NCBI GenBank assembly: GCA_004431415.1
Contig: QPMI01000507.1
Location: forward strand, 243,777-307,776
DNA length: 64,000 nucleotides
Source of the DNA: Cyanophora paradoxa CCMP329
Lineage: Eukaryota > Plantae > Glaucophyta
Direction: 5' to 3'
Part shown: positions 9,801-20,400 of the stretch, one piece after another
Layout: each line of letters opens with the position of its first letter
How positions within the stretch are numbered: position 1 is the stretch's first letter
Translations under genes and position numbers: made by a program
The notes under the pieces: generated by a model
The model's database searches: none
Told to the model about the DNA's origin: nothing
Seen by the model: only the letters and a program-made list of their open reading frames with translations

Positions 9801-11294
9801 ATGAAGACCTGCCTCGCTTTGAGTGGCGGGGGGTCGCGCGGAATAATCGAGGCTGCTATACTGGCACAGATTGAAGCCCAAACCGGTAAACGAATCCAAC
9901 AGCTATTCGACTGCTTTGCGGGAACATCCACAGGTGGATTAATCGCGCTCCTATTAAATATCAAGGGAACCGATGGCGCCCCTAAATATACTGCCACTGA
10001 TATTCTGGCGCTCTACAAAGCAAAGCTACCGCTGATTTTCGCGAATCCACGAGTGCTTACATCGATTGTACAGCGCCCAAAGTACGAAGCAACTAACTTA
10101 GAAGCTGTGGCTCTGGAACTCTGCGGCTCAGCGACTATGGCGGATCTCTATAAACCAACCATCGTGACTGCGTTCGACACGGTCTTAATGTCCCCCGTTT
10201 TTATTTCAAGCAACGATGAAGACATAAATGGGATGCTTGTGCGCGATGCTGCAAGGGCTACCTCAGCTGCGCCCACCTATTTCGAGCCGAAACAAGTCAC
10301 AGTCGCCGGAAGAACATACTGTTTAATTGATGGTTGCATGAGTGGAAATAATTCGCCCGGGGTTTGCGGCTACACATTTGCCCGCACTTTATTCGGAAAC
10401 TCTTGCGAAGAGGAGCTTATCGTGGTCTCGATTACGGCGGGTCACGTCCAAGACTCTGATAAGGCGACATCTGGATATTCGTACGACACTATGAAAAATT
10501 GGGGGATCGTGCAATGGATGCTAAGCGCCACAGGATCGCCAATTCTCAGCATGTTCTTAGAGTCGAGTGATCTAAACGCCCACGTAAAGCTACTGGAACT
10601 TTTACCCAGAAACGATGATCAGAATTACGATCGCTACTATAAGCTGAGCGTTCCTTTACCGAAAGATAAAATGACCCTCGATACTATCACAACGAGTCAC
10701 CTGCAATATTTGGAAACGGAAGCGCTCGCGTTTGTTTCCGCACAGCAAACGTATTTTAATGCGATGTATTCAGTGCTGACGATGAATATCTCAGAGGGCG
10801 ACGTTCCCATTATTAATCTGTCCGGGTGCACAGATGTAAGCGCACCCCCGGAGTCTAACTGGGTGCCGCTCGATAATAGCGCCTTTATTGCGGAATTTGG
10901 CACAGCTTCTGATGCCCGCTGGTCAAATGCTACGGGGTGGGTGGGATTTACCAACCCACCGCAAGGTAGTAGGTCGGGAGGCAATTATTTACGCATTGAT
11001 TTTCCGCGTCTGTTTATGCTTTCCTCTATAAAAATGAAGCCGGCTGCGAATGGAAACTACATTAAAACGTTTGAGATCGATTACCAATTAACTCCGGGAG
11101 TTTCGGCGCTTGTAACATACACAGAAGCCGGCGCGACGAGAGTGTTTACCAATGCAAATCAAATAGCCGGAAGTGCTGATCCCGACGAACATTTCTTAGC
11201 AAACCCGAGATCTGTGAGAACCCTCGTAATCTGGGTGCTCACGACGAACGTAGCTTCGGCATGCCGAATTGATTTCGAGGGCTACTATGTGTGA
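9801..11294 (+). CDS. Patatin-like phospholipase fused to C-terminal F5/8 type C (discoidin) domain
   Basis: Patatin motifs LSGGGSRG, GTSTGG, ATSAAPTYF and DGC. C-terminal YLRIDF...YIKTFEIDY...RVFTNAN...CRIDFEG fits the discoidin pattern. Confidence 0.85.
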   Translation: MKTCLALSGGGSRGIIEAAILAQIEAQTGKRIQQLFDCFAGTSTGGLIALLLNIKGTDGAPKYTATDILALYKAKLPLIFANPRVLTSIVQRPKYEATNLEAVALELCGSATMADLYKPTIVTAFDTVLMSPVFISSNDEDINGMLVRDAARATSAAPTYFEPKQVTVAGRTYCLIDGCMSGNNSPGVCGYTFARTLFGNSCEEELIVVSITAGHVQDSDKATSGYSYDTMKNWGIVQWMLSATGSPILSMFLESSDLNAHVKLLELLPRNDDQNYDRYYKLSVPLPKDKMTLDTITTSHLQYLETEALAFVSAQQTYFNAMYSVLTMNISEGDVPIINLSGCTDVSAPPESNWVPLDNSAFIAEFGTASDARWSNATGWVGFTNPPQGSRSGGNYLRIDFPRLFMLSSIKMKPAANGNYIKTFEIDYQLTPGVSALVTYTEAGATRVFTNANQIAGSADPDEHFLANPRSVRTLVIWVLTTNVASACRIDFEGYYV

Positions 11295-11329
11295 CTTCCT
11301 TCGGTCGTTGCGCGCTGACGAGACAGCGC

Positions 11330-12175
11330 TTAGTCGGTGATCACTTCGAGCTGGAACGAGAATGAGAGACCGTTTATATCCGCAACAGAGCCCCTCCATT
11401 TTCGAAGCGAAATTGTGAGACGATCTAAATCGAGTTGCGATGTGACATTTACGAAAGGGATGCTTGCGCTCGGTTCGTGGTAAAAGGAATATCTACCAAA
11501 GTCCGAGTTCATCTGAATTCGCAATAGATAGGAGTCGTCGAAATTGTTCTGTCTCCCAGTAACCGCTGCGAATTTGGTAAAAGGGCGGAGCTCTTCGATA
11601 TCAAGGTAAATATATGGAATCGCATTAAAGTCGACCATTTTCGGGCATATAATCGCGTAGCGACTGGGGTAATCTCTGAGTGGAACCGGCACTGGTTCTG
11701 GTGTGCTGGCGTAAACCACTCCGGGTTCTATGCCGAGACAATCACAGAACTCCTGGTCTGAGCTCTCTAATGTAAAAGGGCTATTCGGAGATGAGAAAAC
11801 GAAGCGGTTGGTAGACAGAGCGAGAGAATAGGAAACCGGGAAGAGACCGAGTGGATTAAAAGAACCGCCTGAAAAACCGAGTAAAGCATCACTGTTTAAA
11901 GCTCTCTCTTTCGGATATCGTTCGTTATCAGCATCGACGTAATAATAATCGTTTACGCTGGGAATCGGTGCTATCATTTTGGATGCGGGGATTACTGTGG
12001 GCTCTTCGTTCAAAAGCGTTATAGTTATTGTCTGTTCGGGCGGAACAACATAAGAGCTATTGGGAATCTCAGCGGATAGCACACGAAATCGTCGTACATT
12101 ATTAAGGCGCGTTTTCAAGTGCAGCACGCCATTTTCAAGGTCTCTACTGTCGCAATTTATTGTTATTCTTTTCAT
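11330..12175 (-). CDS. Minor capsid (penton-like) protein 1
   Basis: N-terminal INCDSRD...NNVRRFRVLSAEIPNS and C-terminal LDRLTISLR...SFQLEV. Lies in the morphogenesis cluster. Confidence 0.7.
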   Translation of the reverse strand: MKRITINCDSRDLENGVLHLKTRLNNVRRFRVLSAEIPNSSYVVPPEQTITITLLNEEPTVIPASKMIAPIPSVNDYYYVDADNERYPKERALNSDALLGFSGGSFNPLGLFPVSYSLALSTNRFVFSSPNSPFTLESSDQEFCDCLGIEPGVVYASTPEPVPVPLRDYPSRYAIICPKMVDFNAIPYIYLDIEELRPFTKFAAVTGRQNNFDDSYLLRIQMNSDFGRYSFYHEPSASIPFVNVTSQLDLDRLTISLRKWRGSVADINGLSFSFQLEVITD

Positions 12176-12191
12176 AATCTATTATAGTAAG

Positions 12192-13118
12192 ATGAAAGAA
12201 TACCTGAGCTTTTCGAGCGATGATCGCGACGAGGAGTTCACACAGCCAAACAAGTATGTAGTGACATTACCCCGTCGCTATGACAACGTAAAATCGGTGC
12301 GCCTGGTGCAGGCAACGGTTCCGAATGTTCTTTCAACTGTGACGAACGATATCGACGCCACTGGTGCAACCATTGAGCGCATGGAACTCTATTTCTCGGT
12401 CACAGCTTCGGATTCCGGATTCGTGACCATCACAATCCCCAAAGGATTTTACACCAAAGACGACCTTGCCGCAAAAGTCACAGAAAGACTCGAAGCAGCT
12501 CGCCTTTCAGATTTCGGTGGAAAATATATTAAATGCCGCTATAATACTACTTCAAAGATCTATGAGTTTTTCAGTGATAGTAACTTTTGGTTCAAGTTCT
12601 CCAAAGCTTCCCCTGAAACACTCAGAAAATCCAGTAACCGCAAAGCAATCGCTAAGAAACTCGCAATATTCGGTTTCAAAGATATTCAGCTATATGTTTA
12701 CGAGACATTTACCCCTCTTGCAAGCGATACATTCCTTGTGTTTAATCCTGGGACGGGAACTGTGACACTCAATCGACGCATTCGCGGCTATACTCGTGGA
12801 GATGAGACCCCGGCTGCAATGATCTGGCTATATATTGACGAATTCGCGCCGTTTATTCGCTCAGTCAACAAGCACGTCGACGGTTATTTCATGCGCATTC
12901 CAATCCCACAGGAACTCGAACATGGTGATATCTACCACTTCGACACGTCCACTACTGTGCCTCTCGTTCGTGAATTCCGCGAATTAAAATCTTTCGACCG
13001 CTTGACGATTAAACTCATCGACCATGATGGCGCTCTATTAGATTTCGGGGTTTGGGCGCATTATTTCACTTTTGAAATCGAAACCTACGACGCACCGCCC
13101 GAAATGAATTTCTATTGA
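12192..13118 (+). CDS. Minor capsid (penton-like) protein 2
   Basis: Start MKEYLSFSSDDRD...NVKSVRLVQATVPN, plus IPKGFYT and FDRLTIKLIDHDG...FTFEIE. Directly upstream of MCP. Confidence 0.75.
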   Translation: MKEYLSFSSDDRDEEFTQPNKYVVTLPRRYDNVKSVRLVQATVPNVLSTVTNDIDATGATIERMELYFSVTASDSGFVTITIPKGFYTKDDLAAKVTERLEAARLSDFGGKYIKCRYNTTSKIYEFFSDSNFWFKFSKASPETLRKSSNRKAIAKKLAIFGFKDIQLYVYETFTPLASDTFLVFNPGTGTVTLNRRIRGYTRGDETPAAMIWLYIDEFAPFIRSVNKHVDGYFMRIPIPQELEHGDIYHFDTSTTVPLVREFRELKSFDRLTIKLIDHDGALLDFGVWAHYFTFEIETYDAPPEMNFY

Positions 13119-13165
13119 GCCCTGCAAATTATTTTCTGATCCCAAAGATAAGAGAAGAAACGCTC

Positions 13166-14479
13166 ATGGAGACTAACAGCCAATTCCAGCGCCCAACGCT
13201 GAAATCTATGCTCACCACCGATGACTACAAGGATTATTTCCTAAACAAGTCGCTGGTCATTGGAACGTCCTCTGGCACTAAGCCACTTCGAGTTCTGGTC
13301 GCCCCCGATACCGAACCAACCAATGCCCTCGGTAACCGAGTAGTTTTCAAAATCCCCCGCTACCATTTCCTGAATGGTCTCGCGCTGCAACTCGATCTGA
13401 ACCCGATCACCCTCACTGATCTCACGAATGGTGTTGCTGGAACTACTGGCTACCTTCGCGTCATTGGATCGCTAATTAAGCGCATTGAAATCTCTCACGC
13501 TTCATTCCGCTATGTTGTCCCGGAAGATTTCGTTACCCAGTATTTTCTACTGATGACTGAACAGGGCGAACTCGATAAGAAACTTCGCTATGTGGGTGGT
13601 CTTGTCGGAACCGCTGGTAACACTGTCGGTGGAACCTACGAAATCGATTTACCCTCTCCTTTCGAGAAGGCGATGTTCCCACTTTGCGCTCTGAACTCTG
13701 AGATCACAGTAGAAATCGAATTCAAGGCGCAAGGGGATGGTATTATTGAGGACACGAACAATGTTGCTAATATTGCGGTTACCAACAATGGCGCTTCCCT
13801 TCAAGTGCTGAAACCCCGCGTTATTTGCAAGGTCGTAAATGCCGATGAGGCGGTTGTATCTGAGACCATTGCCCGTGTTAAATCGACTGGCATCGCGATC
13901 CCCTACAACGAAATCGGTTTCCTACACACAGATTTCCAGCCGACCGCCTCCGGTTCGCGAGTCAATCTCTCGCAACTCACAGGTGCGGGTCTCATCCACA
14001 CTCTCGTATTCTCTGTGCGCCAAAACGCGAAGACGAAGGTGAACAACGGAACTCTCTCGGTTCTGGCTCCTCGTGCACTCAGAACCAACGCCGTAAGCTT
14101 CTATGTGGAACTCAACAATAACCGCCTTTACTCAAATACTTCGCTTCCTCTCATGATTGCCGCGACCGAACTTCAAGAGAAATATAATTCGGCGATCTTT
14201 ACCGAGAGCACAAGCTACCCCGCTCTCACTGGCATTTACTTCGGTGCTGGAAACGGAAAGGCGTCGCTTCTCAACCAAGAGAATACGGGCTACATCGATG
14301 CCACAGGCACATCGGCGTTCGATCTGGTCTTCGAATTCAACGGTGTCACAACGGCAGCCGAAGGTTCATCAGAATGGTATGCGGGTGCCGCTTATCAGAA
14401 GATGCAAATTCAGTGCATTGCGCTCGCTCATAACATAATGATAATTGGTGCCGACGGTATTCGTCGTGTGAGTAGCTAA
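13166..14479 (+). CDS. Major capsid protein (double jelly-roll, PLV type)
   Basis: 437 aa, beta-rich (VVFKIPR, IKRIEI, FPLCAL..EITVEIEF). Sits between penton and packaging ATPase. Nearly invariant between B1 and B2. Confidence 0.8.
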   Translation: METNSQFQRPTLKSMLTTDDYKDYFLNKSLVIGTSSGTKPLRVLVAPDTEPTNALGNRVVFKIPRYHFLNGLALQLDLNPITLTDLTNGVAGTTGYLRVIGSLIKRIEISHASFRYVVPEDFVTQYFLLMTEQGELDKKLRYVGGLVGTAGNTVGGTYEIDLPSPFEKAMFPLCALNSEITVEIEFKAQGDGIIEDTNNVANIAVTNNGASLQVLKPRVICKVVNADEAVVSETIARVKSTGIAIPYNEIGFLHTDFQPTASGSRVNLSQLTGAGLIHTLVFSVRQNAKTKVNNGTLSVLAPRALRTNAVSFYVELNNNRLYSNTSLPLMIAATELQEKYNSAIFTESTSYPALTGIYFGAGNGKASLLNQENTGYIDATGTSAFDLVFEFNGVTTAAEGSSEWYAGAAYQKMQIQCIALAHNIMIIGADGIRRVSS

Positions 14480-14537
14480 GGAATTCGTGCGATTACCACA
14501 TTCAGTCTTATTTTTCTATTGTTTTTATAGTGAAAGA

Positions 14538-15404
14538 ATGCAAAAAGGGACGACGCCCATAGATCTCGAAGAATGGAACCCGAAACAGAGGGTGAAACTT
14601 CCCGCACGATTTCTCCTATTGGCGAAAACCAATTGTGGTAAATCGGTATTCTTAAAGTGGCTGATCAAAGAACTCGAAGACCAGATCTCATACGTTCTGG
14701 TCTTTTGTCCAACGAGTTTCAACGGTTTCTGGGGACAAATTACAGACGAAGTGCATGACACCTGGAAACCGGAATATGTAGAGTCGATCATAGAAGCCCG
14801 CAAAAAAGCCATCATCGCGGGTAAGAAACCAAAAAATATTCTCATTGTGCTCGACGATTGTTTGGAGTCCGGAACTATCGATCTTTCGCGCGATCATTTG
14901 CTAAATAAATTGATGGCGCAAGGTCGTCATACTTTTTGTTCTGTGGCTTTAATATCGCAGAAACTAACAAAGCTTTCAACGATCATTCGCAGCAATGCGG
15001 AGTATATCATATTCCTAAGCTGGTCAAACATGCGAGAGTTTGAAGCATATCACGAGGAATTCGGGAACATGGATAAAGAGAGTTTCAAGCGCATGTTCCA
15101 AGAATTCTGTCATAGCTACCAAGCGATCATTCACGATAATACCGGGTATTCTGTGCGATGGTGGGTCGAAAAAGCCGATATGATCGATGACCACCCGTTT
15201 ACTAAATTCCACAAGCGGGCGGCTTTTGAAGAAAAGAAGCGCAAACAGCAAGAGGAGCAAGCGACAAAACCGCCGCCTGTCAAAGATTCGACAACTGTCT
15301 GTAAAACTTTATCCAAATTTGAGCGTGAGCTTGAAGGTATCCCCAAACTTTCCCAAATTTCGCCGAAGAAAAAGAAAATGTTAATCAAGTGTAAGAAAAG
15401 ATAA
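14538..15404 (+). CDS. A32-like genome packaging ATPase
   Basis: Walker A AKTNCGKS, Walker B LIVLDD, QGRH, ISQKL and IRSN. Confidence 0.9.
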   Translation: MQKGTTPIDLEEWNPKQRVKLPARFLLLAKTNCGKSVFLKWLIKELEDQISYVLVFCPTSFNGFWGQITDEVHDTWKPEYVESIIEARKKAIIAGKKPKNILIVLDDCLESGTIDLSRDHLLNKLMAQGRHTFCSVALISQKLTKLSTIIRSNAEYIIFLSWSNMREFEAYHEEFGNMDKESFKRMFQEFCHSYQAIIHDNTGYSVRWWVEKADMIDDHPFTKFHKRAAFEEKKRKQQEEQATKPPPVKDSTTVCKTLSKFERELEGIPKLSQISPKKKKMLIKCKKR

Positions 15405-15406
15405 TC

Positions 15407-16090
15407 ATGGTCTACCGAAAGAAGCCTCAAACCATTCAAACGGTCGCTTCTGGTAATCCAAATCGCGGACTTGAAGAGTCTGGATTAACGTCGGGTGGCG
15501 GTCTCGAAATGCCCGAATATCTTGTAGACACTTCGCCAGAGGAGGTTGCCAAGCAAGAGGCAATTATTGCGAGTGCCACCGCTGACAAGGGCAACCAAGA
15601 TAGCGGTAAACGACAAATGGAGGATTTAGCTACTGTAAAACCACAGATTGGAGGCGGCTCCGTCGATGAAGCAACCGACAAAGTACTCAAAGCGCAAGTT
15701 GTCGCAAGCCAGCACAAGACACAAGACGTCCCGAAAGCCGCCGAAACTGAGCTCAAAAAGCGCGGATCCTATCAAAAACACACGGTTCCTGTCGACGTTG
15801 TCATGAGCTTCGAAGAGAAAGTGCGAGACCTTGAAATGAAAGTCTCTAACTATGAGAAATGGATGCAAGATTATAACGAACGCAAGAAATTAAAGGGTCT
15901 CGTAAAGAAAGAGATCTCCAAACTCGGATTAAAGCAAAAAGTCGACGTAGAGGAGATTAAAAAGGAGGAAAAGACAGATGCACAAGCTGTAACTCGTCAG
16001 CAATCGGTCGCCCCGCAATATGCACATATAGTGCCGACTGCACCAGCGAATTTCGCGGCAATGCTCGGTGGTAAACGCCATATCCGCTAA
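15407..16090 (+). CDS. Hypothetical protein with coiled coil
   Basis: 227 aa. Conserved at 46054-46737 with mostly synonymous changes. Confidence 0.75.
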   Translation: MVYRKKPQTIQTVASGNPNRGLEESGLTSGGGLEMPEYLVDTSPEEVAKQEAIIASATADKGNQDSGKRQMEDLATVKPQIGGGSVDEATDKVLKAQVVASQHKTQDVPKAAETELKKRGSYQKHTVPVDVVMSFEEKVRDLEMKVSNYEKWMQDYNERKKLKGLVKKEISKLGLKQKVDVEEIKKEEKTDAQAVTRQQSVAPQYAHIVPTAPANFAAMLGGKRHIR

Positions 16091-16245
16091 TGACTGTGAA
16101 TATCCGCAAGGCAAAGCTGAACCCGCCCGTATTTAGAGCGGGTCTTAATATGAACGCCCTTGCAAAACGGGCATGTCGGCTCCATAAACAGCATTATAAG
16201 GTCGACCAACTCATAAGGAAACACACGAGCAAGCAATAGCCTCAT
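16087..16245 (-). CDS. 52-aa microprotein (F-box-like motif plus CxxC), not in ORF track
   Basis: MRLLLARVFPYELVDLIMLFMEPTCPFCKGVHIKTRSKYGRVQLCLADIHSH. The copy at 46734-46892 differs almost only synonymously. Confidence 0.75.
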   Translation of the reverse strand: MRLLLARVFPYELVDLIMLFMEPTCPFCKGVHIKTRSKYGRVQLCLADIHSH

Positions 16246-16294
16246 TCCCTTTTATTTTCTCCGATATTTAATACGTTGCGTCCTTGTAGGATCG

Positions 16295-16710
16295 ATGAAT
16301 TTCATCACACAATGCATTGAGATGTTTCAGCTTCACGTCGTGTCTAATTGCCACAGTCCATGCTGTGACACAACCGTAGAAATCGAAATATCAGATGGCG
16401 AGGATAATGGAGTTAGGCGCCTTTCTGTATATTCTAACCACAGCGACAATCACAACCACTCACGATCTCGATCGCCCTCGCCTGTGACCGCGGCTATGAG
16501 TTCCAATATCGAAACCGCTCAGATAGAGGACGTGCATGTAGAGCATATTAGAAGGCGATCATGTCCTGAGTTTGTAGAAGGTCATTTGCGCGCTGACTCC
16601 CTTATCCGATGTATAGATTGGATCAAATGCCATTAGGCGACGATGAAAATGTAACGAACCCTTATGTTTATCCTCAGCAACAAGAAAGAACCGTCTGGAA
16701 CGGTTATTGA
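16295..16710 (+). CDS. Hypothetical protein, Cys-rich N-terminus and RSRSPSP tract (frameshift near 16600)
   Basis: Intact homolog at 46942-47358. The C-run here is one base shorter. Confidence 0.6.
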
Positions 16711-16749
16711 GCGGTGAATTTCGGTGGCGCTTGTATCGAGCCAAGGGCA

Positions 16750-16757
16750 AAAATTGA
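16750..16757 (+). promoter_or_regulatory. AAAATTGA early-promoter-like octamer
   Basis: About 80 bp upstream of the ATG at 16835. Also present at 425, 47398, 52419 and 59701, each upstream of a gene. Confidence 0.55.
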
Positions 16758-16834
16758 AGGTTTCGGTAAAAGGTATTTAAGGGCAAGGGAAATAATACAG
16801 AGTGACAAAAAACTATTTTCTCCGGTTATAGTAA

Positions 16835-17248
16835 ATGGCGAAACCCAAGATTTCAAACCAAGAGGCGATGGCGGCACAGCAGGAAAAGCGCAGACCCGGG
16901 CGACCGAAAAAGGTGATTTCAGAAGAGGAGAAGGCGGAGAGATTAAGACTAAAACGCGAAAAAGACGCCGAGAGGCAGCGAAACAAGCATCAGAGACAGA
17001 AACAGGAGCGATTAGCCGCCGGAGAGGCTACGATATTCACCCCGGAACAGCTACAAAAGATTGCAATTCGTAAACAGCAGCGATACCAAGACGATGAAGA
17101 GTATCGGGAGAAAATCCGAGAGAAGGCAAGGGAATACCAACGCAGAAAGAGAGCGGAACGCAAGCTGAACCCACCCGCTAAACCTCAGCCGCAAAAGCCC
17201 GCTGGAAGACCCCGAAAGCATGTCGTCGAGAACGCGAAAAATTCGTAG
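16835..17248 (+). CDS. Basic coiled-coil DNA-binding protein with two AT-hooks
   Basis: RRPGRPKK and AGRPRK flank a K/R/E-rich helix. Conserved at 47483-47896. Confidence 0.75.
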   Translation: MAKPKISNQEAMAAQQEKRRPGRPKKVISEEEKAERLRLKREKDAERQRNKHQRQKQERLAAGEATIFTPEQLQKIAIRKQQRYQDDEEYREKIREKAREYQRRKRAERKLNPPAKPQPQKPAGRPRKHVVENAKNS

Positions 17249-17417
17249 CGGAAAGTATCCGTACGATGCAAAAAATGATTAATTTTTTACCTCCCTTTTT
17301 ATTCCCCGTATCGGTCAAAAAAGCACTTAAAGAATTGGCGACAAGGGTATGAAAAGGAGAATTTGGTAGATTGCGCCGAAATTATTTTCTCCGGTTATTT
17401 TAAAAGAACTAATAGAG

Positions 17418-20400
17418 ATGCCGCGCGCAACCAACAGAATCGCTAACAATGTTCGGGATGAAATTATCGGATACATTATGCAGGGATTGAGTCAGGATTT
17501 GCTAACCGAAGAACAGGCGCATTGGGCGATGCACAACACAATGAATCGGAAGCCCAAGCTCCAAACGCTGATAGACATTCGGGATACTCTGAATGGAATC
17601 ATTAATCCCCGCGTTTTTCGCAGGGCAGAGCGGAAAGAAAAGCGCGCCGCTCGCACCCAAGTTAATATAGAAAAGCAAAAGCAAAAAGAACAAGAGGCGA
17701 AGCGTTTACAGCGCTTCGATCGCAAACAAGAACAGAAACGGGCGAAAGAAGCGAAGCTCCAAGCGAAGCAATTCAAAGGACAGCTAAAAGCGGTAGAGGA
17801 TGCGATTAAACGCACTATTCTCGATCCAATCGCCGCATACGATCCGGAAACTCTCGCAACAATTACGTTCAAGCTATGGGGACCTGGATCCGGTGCTCGG
17901 TCGTCGGAGGTAATTGTTATTCCCGGAATTCCCGGAACATATATAAAAGACAGAACCTTTGTGACCTACCAGAATATAAGAGAGACAGTTTCGGTGAGGG
18001 TGTTGCGAAACTTTGCTCTTGCAAAAATCGATAGAGTGTATGGAATTCTCACCGCTGAAAATCGTTATTATTCGGAAGAGAGAGATTCAATCTTCGATTT
18101 ACTCGAAAACTACGATGAATTGAAGATTGGTCTGGGAACTTTCGGACAAGCATACGAGATGTTCTTCTTTAAGACACCACCAACCGAGGAACAGAAAAAA
18201 CTACGCAAAGGTTTCGATGATTTTGGCGGCAGTGTCGATGATGCCTTTATAACTGTTCATGAGGTCGTGATCGATGGGGACGAAGGTGTCGAAGATGACG
18301 GAGCCGGTGCTATACCTGGAGATCGCTATGCGTTTCTGGATGAGGAGCTTACGGACAGCATGCGATGCACCGCGATTATGAGCAAATTCACAGACTACAC
18401 ATTAAATCCAAACGCGTCTGAGTTCGAAGATGTTATTGAGCTCCCCAAATCATCGACATCTAACGCTTGCGGCTATGATATGATCATCTCCACATGGGGA
18501 GCGTCCATTAAGAAGTGTCAGGAGGCGCCAAAACCGCGATATACTGACTTAACTATGTCGTATGACGGTCTCTATAAATTCTTTCACGGTCGTGAACGCA
18601 CACCTGGCGACTCTCTGGCTCTCACCCTCCGCCATATCGAGAAATTCTGTAAGAGAATTCAGACAGGCTTCCGCGTCTTTGATGTCGACGGAAAGTTAAT
18701 ATATAAATTCGCGGCGGAATCAATTAACAAAAACATCTTTCCCCGCAATATTCACTTCATGATTCACAACAAGCACATCTATATATTCAACGATAACATC
18801 AAGTCGCTCGAAATGCGCATAGCAAAGATGGAGGTCGAAGAGCTCGATAATCATGTTCCTAAGTCGAACTCTTCGTTAGCACTCTATAAAATTCCGACGT
18901 GTCTTACTCACGATATCTTCGCGCACACATCCAAGGATCTGTTAAAGATCACGCAATTAAAACTATCGCCTGACGAGCGCAGTTTCATTCGCATTCTGTA
19001 TACTGGGCGTGAAGGTCTGGAAGGTCTTCTATTTACGTTCCTGAAAATGCGATATGAGCCCGCAGTGAAGCTAACACCATCGAAACAGATCGACAGCATC
19101 ACATTCAAAGCTAATGGCTCGATGTTCTCTATCAAAGATCCACGCACAACAGACCACTTTATTGAGCAAGATTTCGAAACAGAAGAATATTATAATAAGG
19201 TCTGTGAAATCGGGAAGGGATTCCGGGAGTCGCTTCTAAATGCGACGAATATCTCGCATTACAGCCCGAATATGCGCGAAATTCTCACGCACTACAAGCG
19301 ATCCGCACTCAGCGGCTTTTTCTATAAGCCGAACCCGAAAGCCACCTACACAGCTGTCGATATGGCGAAGTGCTACCCTTCGATACTGAAAGGCATGCAA
19401 TATCTTCCGAAATACAATGTATTCGATGACTTCGTTCCCTTTAAAGCGGGAAGCGATATTCTCGAATACGCGATCTATTACGTCCGTGTGGTTGCGTTTG
19501 AGAGAGAGCAAGCGACTTTCGCCGACGATGAGGACATTGATTATGATGCCGCCATGTCTCGCAAGATTGACGGAATCGAAATTATTCTGGATCGCGCATT
19601 TTCCGTGAGTGGTCGCTGTTATAATTTCATGACAGGCTACACTCTCTCCATGCACTGGGCGGACGTAAAGGACAAGATAGAGATTATCGCGGTCGCGGAG
19701 CCTTCGCATTTGGTGCCCAATACGTCGATCGCTGAGATGAAAAAAGTGCTGTCAAGCGACATTCAAACCACGGACAAGAAGCACATTTTAGTGAAAGAGA
19801 TCGGAATGCTCGGCAAATTCCAAGACTCGCAAACATCCACGAAAATGTTCTACAACCGTGCCGAGGCTGAGAGGTTCGCCCAAGAATGCGGAGGAACAGT
19901 AGAGGTGTTTACTTTCAATCCTAAGAATTCGAAACGTGTCAAAACTCTTAGCGAATTCGAAGGTCACATCTATTTCGTTAAGATCAGCTCCCACCGCGAG
20001 CTCGTTAACGGATTCCTTCCTATCCACTTTCATATTTACGATCGCAACCGCGCTAATATGTTTGCGCAATACAAGCGCCTGACAGCGCGCGGGCACAAGG
20101 TTGCCGGGATCAGAACGGATTGCCTATATATCGAAGGTTCATGGACAAGTAAGAAAGAGTTCGACCGAAATGCGTTTGAGAACATGGGCAAATTCAGCTA
20201 TATTCCCGGGAAAAGATGCCCTGAGAATGCACTCCGCCCACCACGGGGTGTAACTCTCGAAATTCAGGATCCCGACACACTCATTAACCGGTTCTCGCTG
20301 AGGGACGAATTTAATCCGGAGTGCTTTAATCGGGTCGCGGAGCTCCATAATCGTATGCTTGTCCTTGCTGACATGCCCGGTAGTGGAAAATCGACCCTCG

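Noticed and set aside
9693-9997. Overlapping N-terminal extensions of divergent genes (also 12060, 13115, 14487, 46795 starts)
   Set aside because: They rely on non-ATG starts, overlap neighbouring genes, or are not conserved between copies. Downstream ATGs fit both copies.
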